A DNA stretch of 64,000 nt from Bdellovibrionia bacterium (GTDB lineage: Bacteria; Bdellovibrionota; UBA1018), in NCBI GenBank assembly GCA_040399745.1, contig JBBARP010000008.1, positions 90,079 to 154,078 on the forward strand. The letters are read 5' to 3'. Under the pieces are notes generated by a model. That model was not told the DNA's origin. It ran no database searches and saw only the letters and a list, made by a program, of their open reading frames with translations. The position numbers and the translations under genes were made by a program. This document shows positions 17,644 to 27,257 of the stretch, one piece after another. Numbering within the stretch: position 1 is the first letter of the stretch; the number at the start of each line of letters is the position of its first letter.

Positions 17644-19713
17644 ATGAACGGCATACTCGAACGGATCGGTAAGAACTCAGATCTAGCGATCGCGCTAGGT
17701 CTGGTCATGATCCTGGCGGTCATGATCATCCCGATGCCGGCCTTCCTTCTCGACCTCTTCCTGTCGGTGGGCATCGCGTTCTCTCTCGTCCTGATGTTGA
17801 CAGCGGTTTACGCCAATAAGGCACTCGATTTTAGCGTTTTTCCATCGATCTTGCTCGTCGTGACCCTGTTCCGACTGGCTTTGAACGTGGCGACCACGCG
17901 AGTGATTCTGCTGTACGGAGCAGAGCGTGGCACGGCAGCAGCCGGTGAAGTGATTCAATCTTTTGGTAACTTCGTCGTCGGCGGTAACTTCGCCGTCGGT
18001 CTCGTGGTCTTCATCATCTTGGTGATCATTAACTTTATCGTTATCACCAAGGGCGCTGGCCGCGTCGCTGAAGTGGCAGCCCGCTTCACCTTGGACGCCA
18101 TGCCCGGTAAACAAATGGCAATCGATGCTGATTTGAACGCCGGCATCATCAACGAAGAACAAGCTCGCGCACGGCGATCTGAAATTGCGCGTGAAGCTGA
18201 CTTCTACGGGGCCATGGACGGTGCCAGCAAGTTCGTTCGCGGGGATGCCATTGCAGGCATCATGATCGTGATCGTGAACATCGTGGGCGGGATCCTGATT
18301 GGGACTTTGCAGCGCGGGATGGATCTCGCGAACGCAGCCCAGACCTTCACCTTACTGACGATCGGTGATGGCTTGGTCACTCAGATTCCTGCCCTGATCG
18401 TCTCGACAGCAGCGGGCATTATTGTCACGCGAACCGCCACTTCGACCAACTATAGCCAGGAGTTTGCTCGCCAGTTGGTGATGCAACCGAAGGCCCTGAT
18501 GGCTGCCGGAGGCGTTTTAGGCTTCATGGCGATCATCCCGGGATTGCCTCATATTCCGTTCATGTTGCTCGGTGCCGCTTTCTTTTTTGGCGGACGCACC
18601 TTGATCGCCAAACAAAAGGCCGATGAAGTGGCGAAGAAGCAGGCAGAGATCGCGGAGAAAGCCAAGCCCTCGAGCGACAAACTCGAAAGCCTCCTGGCTG
18701 TCGATGTCTTGGAACTCGAGGTGGGCTACGGTTTGATCTCGGTGGTCGATGCCGATCAAAACGGCGATCTGCTTGAGCGGATTACGAACATTCGGAAACA
18801 GTTTGCGTTGGATTACGGAATTATCGTTCCTCCGCTTCGCATTCGGGACAATTTGGAGTTGAAGCCGGGCGACTACCAGATGTTGCTCAAAGGTGTGGTC
18901 GTTGGCCAAGGCTCCTTGATGGTCGGTCACATGTTGGCCATGGACCCAGGCAACGTGATGAACCCGATCTCTGGGGTTCCGACCAAAGAGCCTGCCTTTG
19001 GCCTGGATGCGATCTGGATCACTCCGCGACAAAAGGAAGACGCCTCTTACGCGGGCTACACTGTGGTCGATCTCTCGACGGTCATCGCAACCCACATTAC
19101 CGAGCTGGTTCGCCAGAATATCCACGAGCTCTTGGGACGTCAGGAACTCCAGCAGCTCCTGGACAACGTCAAACAGTCGGCTCCGAAAGTGGTGGAAGAC
19201 CTCATCCCCAATCAGCTTCCTTTGGGAACAGTGCTCAAAGTGGCCAGAAACCTGCTGCGTGAAGGGGTTCCGATTCGCGATATGCGAACGGTCCTCGAAA
19301 GCCTGGCAGACATGGCTCCTTATCAAAAAGATCCTCAGTTGCTCACCGAACATGTGCGGACCGCTCTGGCGCGTGTCATCACTCGAAAACTGGTGGGGAT
19401 GGATGGAACCCTTCAGTTGCTGACTTTGGACCGAGGAATCGAAGAAACGATCGCAGGCGGAATTCTTCAGACGGATCAGGGCCAGCAGCTCTCGCTGGAT
19501 CCCGAATTTGTCCGTCAGTTCATTCAGCGTTTGAACGAACAGGCCATGGAGCTCGCTCAGCAGTCGAGTCAGCCGGTGGTCTTGTGTTCACCGCTGATTC
19601 GCCATCATTTGCGCAGTCTGGTGGAGCGCTTTGCTCCGAACGTCGCTGTTCTTTCCCACAACGAAATTACGCCGAACATCTCAGTTCAGGCCTTCGCCAC
19701 CGTGAGGATGTAA
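17644..19713 (+). CDS. flhA: Flagellar export gate protein FlhA
   Basis: RVAEVAARFTLDAMPGKQMAIDADL FHIPEP motif. Confidence 0.98.
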   Translation: MNGILERIGKNSDLAIALGLVMILAVMIIPMPAFLLDLFLSVGIAFSLVLMLTAVYANKALDFSVFPSILLVVTLFRLALNVATTRVILLYGAERGTAAAGEVIQSFGNFVVGGNFAVGLVVFIILVIINFIVITKGAGRVAEVAARFTLDAMPGKQMAIDADLNAGIINEEQARARRSEIAREADFYGAMDGASKFVRGDAIAGIMIVIVNIVGGILIGTLQRGMDLANAAQTFTLLTIGDGLVTQIPALIVSTAAGIIVTRTATSTNYSQEFARQLVMQPKALMAAGGVLGFMAIIPGLPHIPFMLLGAAFFFGGRTLIAKQKADEVAKKQAEIAEKAKPSSDKLESLLAVDVLELEVGYGLISVVDADQNGDLLERITNIRKQFALDYGIIVPPLRIRDNLELKPGDYQMLLKGVVVGQGSLMVGHMLAMDPGNVMNPISGVPTKEPAFGLDAIWITPRQKEDASYAGYTVVDLSTVIATHITELVRQNIHELLGRQELQQLLDNVKQSAPKVVEDLIPNQLPLGTVLKVARNLLREGVPIRDMRTVLESLADMAPYQKDPQLLTEHVRTALARVITRKLVGMDGTLQLLTLDRGIEETIAGGILQTDQGQQLSLDPEFVRQFIQRLNEQAMELAQQSSQPVVLCSPLIRHHLRSLVERFAPNVAVLSHNEITPNISVQAFATVRM

Positions 19714-19714
19714 G

Positions 19715-21220
19715 ATGCAAGTCAAGAAATTCGAAGCCCCGACGATTCAAGAAGCTCTGGAGACGATTAAGCGGGAGCTTGGGCCAGAAGCCATCATCCT
19801 TCACACGAAGAAGAACCGAAAAGGTTTCGGTTTGATGAATCAAGGTTCCGTCGAAGTGACGGCAGCCATCTCGGATCGTTCGGCAACGAAAAAGACGGTG
19901 ACCGAGAAGAGGCTTCCCGACTCAGTGAAGGAACAACTCAGGACGCTGCCGGCAAACCAACAGGCCGAAGTTTACGACAAGCAAATGGAGCGGATGCTGG
20001 CTCGCGAGGCCGCTCGCACTCAAGACCGTGTGGAAGTGGGCGCGGGAAGTCGTCCTTCGGTAAAAGGGGCGGCGGCACGTGCTGCGAAGATGACGGATGC
20101 TCCGAGTGCGACTTATCCGAATGCGAAAGTTTCCGTTCGCCAACCGGAGATGAGCGCTGCGAATCGTCCGTCGTCCGCTCAGAGCGCTGCCGTGGCGAGA
20201 GGAAATTCCGCGAACCAGCCTTCAGGCGCCCAATCGGCTCAGGCCACGCGTCCTCGTCCGACGACGGGAGTGGGCGGAATGACTTTGGCCGAAGAGGTGG
20301 CGCAACTGAAACGCATGCTCCATGAGATGCGCACGAATCCTTCTGTGAACTCGTCCTCATCGACTCAGGATTCGTCGGCAGGTGCTCAGTCGTTAGGAAC
20401 GGGCTCGCTCCATACTCCGGCGCTTCAGGACGCTTTTGAACAGCTCGTTTTAGCAGGCGTGGATCGCCGCGGGGCCTTGCAGCTCATTCGCAAGGCGGGC
20501 TTTGAGCTCGGCGATTCCCGGGCCCAGGAAACCGACGAAGTCCTAGACCAAGTGGCCACAGGCATGATTGAAGCCATTCGAGTCGAAGCGCCGCTGGGGC
20601 GAATTCAAAAAACGGAATCTCAAGGCTCAGAGGCAGGCCCGAAGGTCTTGGCCCTGGTTGGACCTACGGGCGTCGGCAAGACCACGACCATCGCTAAGAT
20701 TGCATCCGACGCCGTCTTAAAGCGAAACTTGAAGGTGGGTCTGATCAACCTGGACAGCTACAAAGTAGCGGCTTTCGATCAATTGGCGACTTACGCGAAA
20801 ATCCTGAACGTACCGTTCCGCGCAGCTCAGTCGGCAGAAGATCTGAAAGTGGTCTTGGGTGATTTCAGGGGGCTGGACCTGGTCATCATCGACACCACGG
20901 GGCGATCGCCGCGCGATCCAGGCGCTTTGGCCGAGATGCAGCAGCTTTTGTCGGCAATCTCTGGGGTTCGTACTCAGCTCGTAGTCTCGGCAACAACCCG
21001 AGAAAACGAGTTGGCCGATATCGTTCAACGCTTTGCGCTTTTCCAGCCAGAAGGGATGGTGGTCTCGAAACTCGACGAGGCCACTCTCTACGGGCCCATC
21101 TTTAATCTCAGTCAGAAATCTAAAATGCCGCTCAGCTACTTCACCACGGGCCAACGAGTGCCTGAGGATTTGGAAGAAGCGACTCCGGAACGTTTGGCCG
21201 CCCTCATCTTGGAGCTGTGA
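19715..21220 (+). CDS. flhF: Flagellar biosynthesis SRP-type GTPase FlhF
   Basis: GPTGVGKTTT, DTTGR, SKLDE, GQRVPEDL motifs. Confidence 0.95.
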   Translation: MQVKKFEAPTIQEALETIKRELGPEAIILHTKKNRKGFGLMNQGSVEVTAAISDRSATKKTVTEKRLPDSVKEQLRTLPANQQAEVYDKQMERMLAREAARTQDRVEVGAGSRPSVKGAAARAAKMTDAPSATYPNAKVSVRQPEMSAANRPSSAQSAAVARGNSANQPSGAQSAQATRPRPTTGVGGMTLAEEVAQLKRMLHEMRTNPSVNSSSSTQDSSAGAQSLGTGSLHTPALQDAFEQLVLAGVDRRGALQLIRKAGFELGDSRAQETDEVLDQVATGMIEAIRVEAPLGRIQKTESQGSEAGPKVLALVGPTGVGKTTTIAKIASDAVLKRNLKVGLINLDSYKVAAFDQLATYAKILNVPFRAAQSAEDLKVVLGDFRGLDLVIIDTTGRSPRDPGALAEMQQLLSAISGVRTQLVVSATTRENELADIVQRFALFQPEGMVVSKLDEATLYGPIFNLSQKSKMPLSYFTTGQRVPEDLEEATPERLAALILEL

Positions 21221-21226
21221 CCCGAA

Positions 21227-22189
21227 ATGGCCGATCAAGCCGATACGCTGAGAAAATTGATGCAGCAGCGCGAGAGCGCTGAAGCCTCCGTTGAAGTTCT
21301 GGAAACTGAGAACCCGAAAACCGGGCCTATTGTCATCAGTGTGGCCAGTGGCAAAGGTGGGGTAGGGAAGAGTTGTCTAGTCGCCAATTTGGCCACAGCG
21401 CTCGCTCAGGCTCAGGTGCGGGTCATGGTCGTGGATTGCGATTATGGACTCGCCAACTTGGACATCCTTTTTGGCGTTCAGGCCGAGGCGACGGTGGATC
21501 AGGTTCTGGCTGGCGAAGCCCGGATGCAGGACGCCTTAGTCGGTGTGGGCCCGAATCTATGGCTGCTGCCATCGGCTTCCGGCGTGCTCCGGGCGCGGAC
21601 TCGGAACTGGTCCGAGCGGGAACGGGTGCTGGCGATGCTGGAGGGCTGCCCTTGGGAGATGGACGTAATTCTTCTGGACGCAGGCGCTGGCATTCATGAC
21701 TCGGTTTTGAATCTTCATTCGCCCAGTTTTCGAAGTCTCTTGGTGGTGACGCCCGAGCCGACTTCGCTGGCTGATGGTTATGCACTGATTAAGAAGCTTC
21801 GTCAGGTTTCTGGCACTGCCCGGTTTGAAGTCGTCGTGAATCAGGTTCAAGACGCACGCGAAGCTCAGGCCGTTTACCAGAAGCTTCGGGATACCGCGTC
21901 GCGATTCCTCGACGTCGAAGTTTCCTATTTGGGGCATTTAGCGCGTGATGAAAAAATCGCCCAGTCAGTCAGGAAAAGAAAAATCCTGGTAGACTGGGAA
22001 CCGGGGGCCGCATTTTCGAAATGCATCGGTCTCATCTCGAAACGGATTCAGCGGGATCTTGGAATCGGGATGGAGGGCGATGTTTCCGGAATGGGACTCA
22101 GTCGGTTTAGGGAAGAACCGGCGCACGATGCGCCAGGAAACGTAGCAAAGGCTTTTTTTAAGCCTTTGCTCGGCGAGGTGAACGCATGA
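21227..22189 (+). CDS. flhG: Flagellar number regulator FlhG/FleN (MinD-like ATPase)
   Basis: DQADTLR N-terminus, deviant Walker A SGKGGVGKS, TPEPTS motif. Confidence 0.92.
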   Translation: MADQADTLRKLMQQRESAEASVEVLETENPKTGPIVISVASGKGGVGKSCLVANLATALAQAQVRVMVVDCDYGLANLDILFGVQAEATVDQVLAGEARMQDALVGVGPNLWLLPSASGVLRARTRNWSERERVLAMLEGCPWEMDVILLDAGAGIHDSVLNLHSPSFRSLLVVTPEPTSLADGYALIKKLRQVSGTARFEVVVNQVQDAREAQAVYQKLRDTASRFLDVEVSYLGHLARDEKIAQSVRKRKILVDWEPGAAFSKCIGLISKRIQRDLGIGMEGDVSGMGLSRFREEPAHDAPGNVAKAFFKPLLGEVNA

Positions 22190-23217
22190 GCATGAATCCA
22201 GGTCTGCAGAAGTATCGCGAAGCAGGAAAGTCCGCGAAAGGCGCCTCGAAAAACGCTTCCAAAAATCCGCAAAAAGAAAAGGCTGCGAAGCCGGAGCAAA
22301 ATGCCTCTGCGAAACCCGGCAGTCCGGACGACGCTCAGGTTTTGGAGACGGCCGCTGAAGAGGCGCTAGTAGCCGAGGCCGCCGCTCGCGAAGAGGCCGA
22401 GCTTCAGAAAGAAATTGCGGCGGAATTGGAGCGCGAGAGCGTCCAAACGAGTTCTCTGGTGAAGGATGACTTCACACCGGTGAATGCCACTCGCGATAAG
22501 CTCATTGTCGAGTACGCTCCGCTGATCAAGTACATCGCGCAGAAGATCGCCGCACGTTTACCTGCCAATATCGAACTCGATGATCTGATTTCGTCCGGTG
22601 TGATCGGATTGATGGACGCGATCGACAAGTACGATTCCTCGCGCGACAACAAGTTCAAAACCTACGCTGAGTTCCGAATTCGGGGTGCGATTCTCGATGA
22701 ATTGCGTGCCCAGGACTGGGTTCCGCGTTCGGTTCGCGAAAAAGCCAAGCAGCTTGAGCGCGTCTACTCGAAGATCGAGCAGGTCAAAGGCCGTCATGCG
22801 ACGGACGAGGAAGTTTGTTCGGAGCTGGGGCTGTCGCAGGAAGAATTCCACGACATGCTCAACCAGGTCAGAAGCGTGTCGCTGCTTTCTTACGACGACA
22901 TTTCGAGTTTCTCAAAATCCGATAAGCGTACCCTTCACGGCTATAGTGAAGGAGGAGGGCGCTCCGCTAACCCATTTAGTGAAATCAGCGTTGCTGCTCT
23001 GAAGAAGCTCATCGCTGAAGCCATTCGCGATCTGCCTGAAAAGCAGCGTTTGGTCCTCTCGCTTTATTACTATGAGGATCTGAACTTGAAAGAAATCGGA
23101 CGCGTTTTGGACGTGACCGAGTCCCGCGTCAGTCAGCTCCACACTCAAGCCATCATTCGCTTGAAAGGAAAGCTGAAGAATCACTGGGACGACTTTGTTT
23201 CCCTGATGGGCGGCTGA
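22186..23217 (+). CDS. fliA: RNA polymerase sigma-28 factor FliA with long N-terminal extension
   Basis: DLISSGVIGL, RIRGAILDELR..DW, LYYYEDLNLKEIG..VTESRVSQ motifs; follows flhG. Confidence 0.95.
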   Translation: MSMNPGLQKYREAGKSAKGASKNASKNPQKEKAAKPEQNASAKPGSPDDAQVLETAAEEALVAEAAAREEAELQKEIAAELERESVQTSSLVKDDFTPVNATRDKLIVEYAPLIKYIAQKIAARLPANIELDDLISSGVIGLMDAIDKYDSSRDNKFKTYAEFRIRGAILDELRAQDWVPRSVREKAKQLERVYSKIEQVKGRHATDEEVCSELGLSQEEFHDMLNQVRSVSLLSYDDISSFSKSDKRTLHGYSEGGGRSANPFSEISVAALKKLIAEAIRDLPEKQRLVLSLYYYEDLNLKEIGRVLDVTESRVSQLHTQAIIRLKGKLKNHWDDFVSLMGG

Positions 23218-23219
23218 GG

Positions 23220-23657
23220 TCAGGGATTGGGATAGCCGATCGGTTCTAGACTGAGTAAGTCGATCACTTCATTGAGCTTCATTTCGCCGTCCATCGAATC
23301 GAAAGTGAATGAGATTCCTGCGCGCCAGATAAAGGGCGTAGCAGAGACAATGTGCGATCCGAGATGGTGTTCCTGGGACCAAACCACTTTGCCTTTGATG
23401 AGGCAATCGGGATGGTTTTCGAGTGTGAACTCGACTGTGTGACCTTGAAGCAATTTCTGGTTGGAGAAAATCCCTGCACCCTTGTTGCTCAGGTCGTGCA
23501 AGATGACACGAATATCCATTGCGAGGGCTTCGCCCTCCATCATGTTCATTTTCAAATTGCCCCGAATTCGGCGCATTTGAACATTGAGGCGCTCTGAATT
23601 TCGCTCGTCTTTGCAGTGGGCCATCAGGCCGCCGTAGCGATTATGGGAAATAGGCAT
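23220..23657 (-). CDS. PilZ-domain protein (start uncertain: 23657 has a GGAG SD; 23624 also possible)
   Basis: RNSER (RxxxR) and DLSNKG (DxSxxG) motifs, GKVVW..AGISF beta-barrel pattern. Confidence 0.75.
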   Translation of the reverse strand: MPISHNRYGGLMAHCKDERNSERLNVQMRRIRGNLKMNMMEGEALAMDIRVILHDLSNKGAGIFSNQKLLQGHTVEFTLENHPDCLIKGKVVWSQEHHLGSHIVSATPFIWRAGISFTFDSMDGEMKLNEVIDLLSLEPIGYPNP

Positions 23658-23793
23658 CAACGTCTCCCTGCTTTCTGTAATTCTGAGCAGGTGCGTCACG
23701 AAATGGAAGTGTGTCGCAATCGACCCAGGGGGAGGGCGTCATCGTCTTGGCGATTCTGAAGATTGCCTAAAATCGCTTCAGTTCTTGCTGACC

Positions 23794-24948
23794 TTAGATG
23801 CGGATTTGGGTGCGGATGGCGTAGCGACGATCTTCTAGGCCGCCCGGAAGGAGGCTCATTTCCTCGCCGTAAGTGGCAAGTTCCAGAGTCCAGAACTTCA
23901 GATCCAAGCCAAGGCCGCCTGTTAGGTAGCCTTGGTTGATTCCGAAGCGCGGGACGAGGACGCCGTAGCGAATCTCACTCCCGAAGTGGACCAGGCGATA
24001 GAAGCTTCCACCGCCGTTATTTCCGATATCGGTGAGTTCAAGCGCCAAGCGAACGTCTTCGAAAGGTCCTGCGGTCTCGCGTTGAGCCACAAAGCCGGCG
24101 TTATAGGTTCGAGGCTGGGAGATCGGCAGGTTGCCGGTGCTGAGCTGCTGCATACCCAGGTTCTTGTACTTTCCGCCCAAAACGTTGTTCACGGAGCCTG
24201 CGAGTTGGAATTCCCAGTTTCTGGGCTTCCAGTTCACCTTATGGAGCGCGCCGAGGTCGAAGTCGATGTGAGCTCCGTCTCCGCCTGTATCGGTGGGGCT
24301 CAGGCTCTTGCCTTGAACAATGTCAGCTAGGCTAAAGCCTGCGTTTGAGCTCATGCGGTAAGCCACATGGGTCGTGAGGCCGACCGACAGGCTTTCTTTG
24401 AGCAGCCGCCGAGCCACGGTGAGGGCCGGTCCCACGTCGACGACCACTTGCGGATCCAAGCGATAAGAGCGGCGAAGAGCGAAGTCGACTTGGGTATTTT
24501 GAATGAGTCCGAACGACCAAGCCCACTGACCGCCAAACGAGCGCGGGCGGTGGTAGGCGGGGAATACAGACTGAATGCGCACGTGCGAATTTCTACCGGC
24601 CGTATCGCCCAGGGCCTCGAGCATCTCAGTTCCGCTTTGAGTGAGGTCGCTGAGGTTAGAGAGCGTGTCTGAGGAAGTCTCCAGGTTCAGGTCCATGAGG
24701 TCAAACCGGGCAACCGGGTTCTCGGTGGCTCGAGCGGGGTTCCCGTAGAAGACCTCGTCGTACAGTCCAGTCGAAATGCGAGTGCCGCCCATGCCGGCGG
24801 CGCGAATTCCGTAAAACGGGCGAACGATCTGATCGAGCGCCAGAGCAGGAGTTGCTGACAACAGTGTGCAAGCTGCAGCCGATGCGGTGAGAGCTGCGCG
24901 CAAGAGGGGGGCCGATCTTTTGCGATCCTTCTTCTGGTCTTGAATCAT
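23794..24948 (-). CDS. Putative outer-membrane beta-barrel protein (TraF/FadL/PorV-like N-terminus)
   Basis: Signal peptide, GIRAAGMGG..FYGNPA motif, alternating beta-strand pattern to the C-terminus. Confidence 0.65.
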   Translation of the reverse strand: MIQDQKKDRKRSAPLLRAALTASAAACTLLSATPALALDQIVRPFYGIRAAGMGGTRISTGLYDEVFYGNPARATENPVARFDLMDLNLETSSDTLSNLSDLTQSGTEMLEALGDTAGRNSHVRIQSVFPAYHRPRSFGGQWAWSFGLIQNTQVDFALRRSYRLDPQVVVDVGPALTVARRLLKESLSVGLTTHVAYRMSSNAGFSLADIVQGKSLSPTDTGGDGAHIDFDLGALHKVNWKPRNWEFQLAGSVNNVLGGKYKNLGMQQLSTGNLPISQPRTYNAGFVAQRETAGPFEDVRLALELTDIGNNGGGSFYRLVHFGSEIRYGVLVPRFGINQGYLTGGLGLDLKFWTLELATYGEEMSLLPGGLEDRRYAIRTQIRI

Positions 24949-25775
24949 TGGCCAACTCCTTGGCTGAGAAGAAGCGTACGGAAGAGCTTCTCACTGGCTT
25001 GAGCCCCGATGACACTCGGATCCAAGGAATTAAACGCCGCTGCGATATCTTGCGTTCCCGTTTTAAAGTCGCCTGCGGCTACGAGCTCAGTTGCCATGGC
25101 GTGAACAATGGCGAGGTAGGCGCCCTTGAACATTCCCCAGGTGGGAGAGGCTCCGGTCATAGCTCCTGCAGGAGTGGGATTTGAGGTGAGGTCGACCGAC
25201 GTACCTGCGATGATCACCGGGCTGGTCTTCGTGCAGTTCGGGGAACAGGTGTTGGGGTTACTAGCAACGTCAGTTGCCGAGAGCGTTCCATCGCCACCGG
25301 CTTCTTCAGCCAGAATCGCTGCCGAAAGAGCGTAAGCGGTGATGAACCGCACCAAGCCACGCAACTCACTTTGAGTCGAAATATTGTCGACCTCTTGATA
25401 GGCCGTGTAGAGGCTTTGTCGTAGGGTTTGCCCAGCGTTTGCAGAAAGATCGCCAGCAAGTGAAGTGAGGCCAGCGCTCAGATCGCCCGAGGCCATCGTG
25501 GTCATGAACTTGCCCATTCCAACGCCGTTTTGATCGAGCACCGCAAAGGCGCGCTCGGCAGCGGCCACTTCGCTGCTGGAGCCGCTCGAGAGTTTGGAGT
25601 AGTGGTCGAGCGCGCAAGCGACGTCGCCTTTGTCAAAGCAAGCGCGGGCTGCCGAGAGCAGTTGCGCGTCGCCGTCTGGGCTGTCCAGACTGCTGAAAAC
25701 GTTACAGCCGGAAAGTGACAGAGCCAGCGTTCCGGAAAGGGTCAGTGCCCAGGCCTTAGCGCGAGTGGGAATCAT
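24945..25775 (-). CDS. Hypothetical helical lipoprotein
   Basis: ATG at 25775 gives MIPTRAKAWALTLSGTLALSLSGC with LSGC lipobox; 4-nt overlap with the barrel gene. Confidence 0.7.
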   Translation of the reverse strand: MIPTRAKAWALTLSGTLALSLSGCNVFSSLDSPDGDAQLLSAARACFDKGDVACALDHYSKLSSGSSSEVAAAERAFAVLDQNGVGMGKFMTTMASGDLSAGLTSLAGDLSANAGQTLRQSLYTAYQEVDNISTQSELRGLVRFITAYALSAAILAEEAGGDGTLSATDVASNPNTCSPNCTKTSPVIIAGTSVDLTSNPTPAGAMTGASPTWGMFKGAYLAIVHAMATELVAAGDFKTGTQDIAAAFNSLDPSVIGAQASEKLFRTLLLSQGVGQ

Positions 25776-26361
25776 GAGAAAGGTCTCCGAGTCCAAAAGT
25801 GTGCGACAGCACCTTCAGGACTTCCAAGACCTTTTCTTCAAGGCTCACGAGATCTTCATCATTCGTGATTAAATGCGTAGCTGCGGCGCGTCGCGCCTCG
25901 TCCGTTGCTTGGCTCCCCACGATGCGCTCGGCATCGGCGCGCGCGCAGCCGTCGCGCTTCATCAGTCGCTCGATGCGAGCCTCCAGCGGGGCTTCGACTA
26001 CCACCAGCGCATCGAGCTCGTGCGCCCGGCCGGTCTCGACCAAGAGCGCGGCTTCATACACCACCAGCGGTTGGCTAAACGCTCGGATGCGGCGTTCGCT
26101 CTCGGCCCGGATTGCCGGGTGCAGAATGGCCTCGAGCGCTCGCCGCTCCTCTGGCCGGGCGAACACGCGCGCGCGCAAGGCGGGGCGCTCAGCTGTCCCG
26201 AACCGAGCGATGACCGCTTCGCGCACGGGTCCTTCTTCGGCCAGAAGCTCGTGCGAGACTTGATCCGCATCGACGACGGGAATGCCACGGGCTTGGAGAA
26301 TTCGCGCCACCGCGCTCTTTCCTGAAGCCACTCCGCCGGTCAGTCCCGCCACGCGCTTCAT
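25756..26361 (-). CDS. coaE: Dephospho-CoA kinase
   Basis: GLTGGVASGKS, VDAD, LEAILHP motifs. Confidence 0.95.
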   Translation of the reverse strand: MKRVAGLTGGVASGKSAVARILQARGIPVVDADQVSHELLAEEGPVREAVIARFGTAERPALRARVFARPEERRALEAILHPAIRAESERRIRAFSQPLVVYEAALLVETGRAHELDALVVVEAPLEARIERLMKRDGCARADAERIVGSQATDEARRAAATHLITNDEDLVSLEEKVLEVLKVLSHTFGLGDLSHDSHSR

Positions 26362-27221
26362 TTTTTCTCGCGCTCCAATTTCTTCGCCTCATCCCACCAC
26401 ACATCCATTTGCTCGAGCTTGCATTTCTCCAGTGGCAGGTTTTCTTCGCGCGAGCGTTTTTCGACGTGTTTGAAGCGGCTTTCAAAGCGGTGGAGCTGCT
26501 CTCGAAGGGCGTCCTCAGGCTTGATGCCGCTCAGGTAAGCGACGTTTGCGATGGTGAAAAGGACATCACCCAACTCGCTCCCGAGTTTTCTCCTCAGCGC
26601 CTCTTTTTCGTGCTCCGGTGCTTTTTCTAGGGCCAGGACTTCGGCTTTCAGTTCACCGAGTTCTTCTTCCACTTTGGCAAGCGGGCCGTGAAGATCTGGC
26701 CATTGGAAACCCACGCGGGTCACTTTTTCGATCACGCGCTCGGCCCGCTGGAGTGAGGGAAGGCCCTTGGGGAGGCCGTCCAGAACGGAGGCGTCTTTTT
26801 TCTCGGCTTTCTCTTTCAGCTTTTGGCGCTCCCAGGTGGCGACAGCAGCGTCCGCGCTCTCGGCCGGCACATCGCCAAAAACATGGGGGTGGCGGCGAAT
26901 CAGCTTGTCGTTTAGCCCTTCGGCCACATCGTAAAAATCAAAAGCGCCGGTCTCCGAAGCCATTTCTGCGTGCAGGACCACTTGCATCAGCACGTCGCCC
27001 AGCTCCTCCCGGAAGGGGAGCCTGACTTCATCGCGCTTGAGGTCTTCGGGCGTGTGGACGGCGTCGATCGTTTCCAGGGCCTCGTAAGCTTCTTCGATCA
27101 AGTAGGGGCGAAGGCTTTGGTGGGTTTGCTTTCGGTCCCAAGGGCAGCCTCCCGGGGCGCGCAGGCGGTGCACGGTCTGAATCAGTTCGGTGAGGCGCTG
27201 AAGCTTCGGGTCTTGGCTCAT
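26358..27221 (-). CDS. mazG: Nucleoside triphosphate pyrophosphohydrolase MazG
   Basis: GCPWDRKQT, EEAYE, EELGD, RRHPHVF; tandem MazG domains. Confidence 0.96.
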   Translation of the reverse strand: MSQDPKLQRLTELIQTVHRLRAPGGCPWDRKQTHQSLRPYLIEEAYEALETIDAVHTPEDLKRDEVRLPFREELGDVLMQVVLHAEMASETGAFDFYDVAEGLNDKLIRRHPHVFGDVPAESADAAVATWERQKLKEKAEKKDASVLDGLPKGLPSLQRAERVIEKVTRVGFQWPDLHGPLAKVEEELGELKAEVLALEKAPEHEKEALRRKLGSELGDVLFTIANVAYLSGIKPEDALREQLHRFESRFKHVEKRSREENLPLEKCKLEQMDVWWDEAKKLEREKK

Positions 27222-27257
27222 ACCTCAGTCGCCTATCATGGTAAGCTTCAAGAACGG

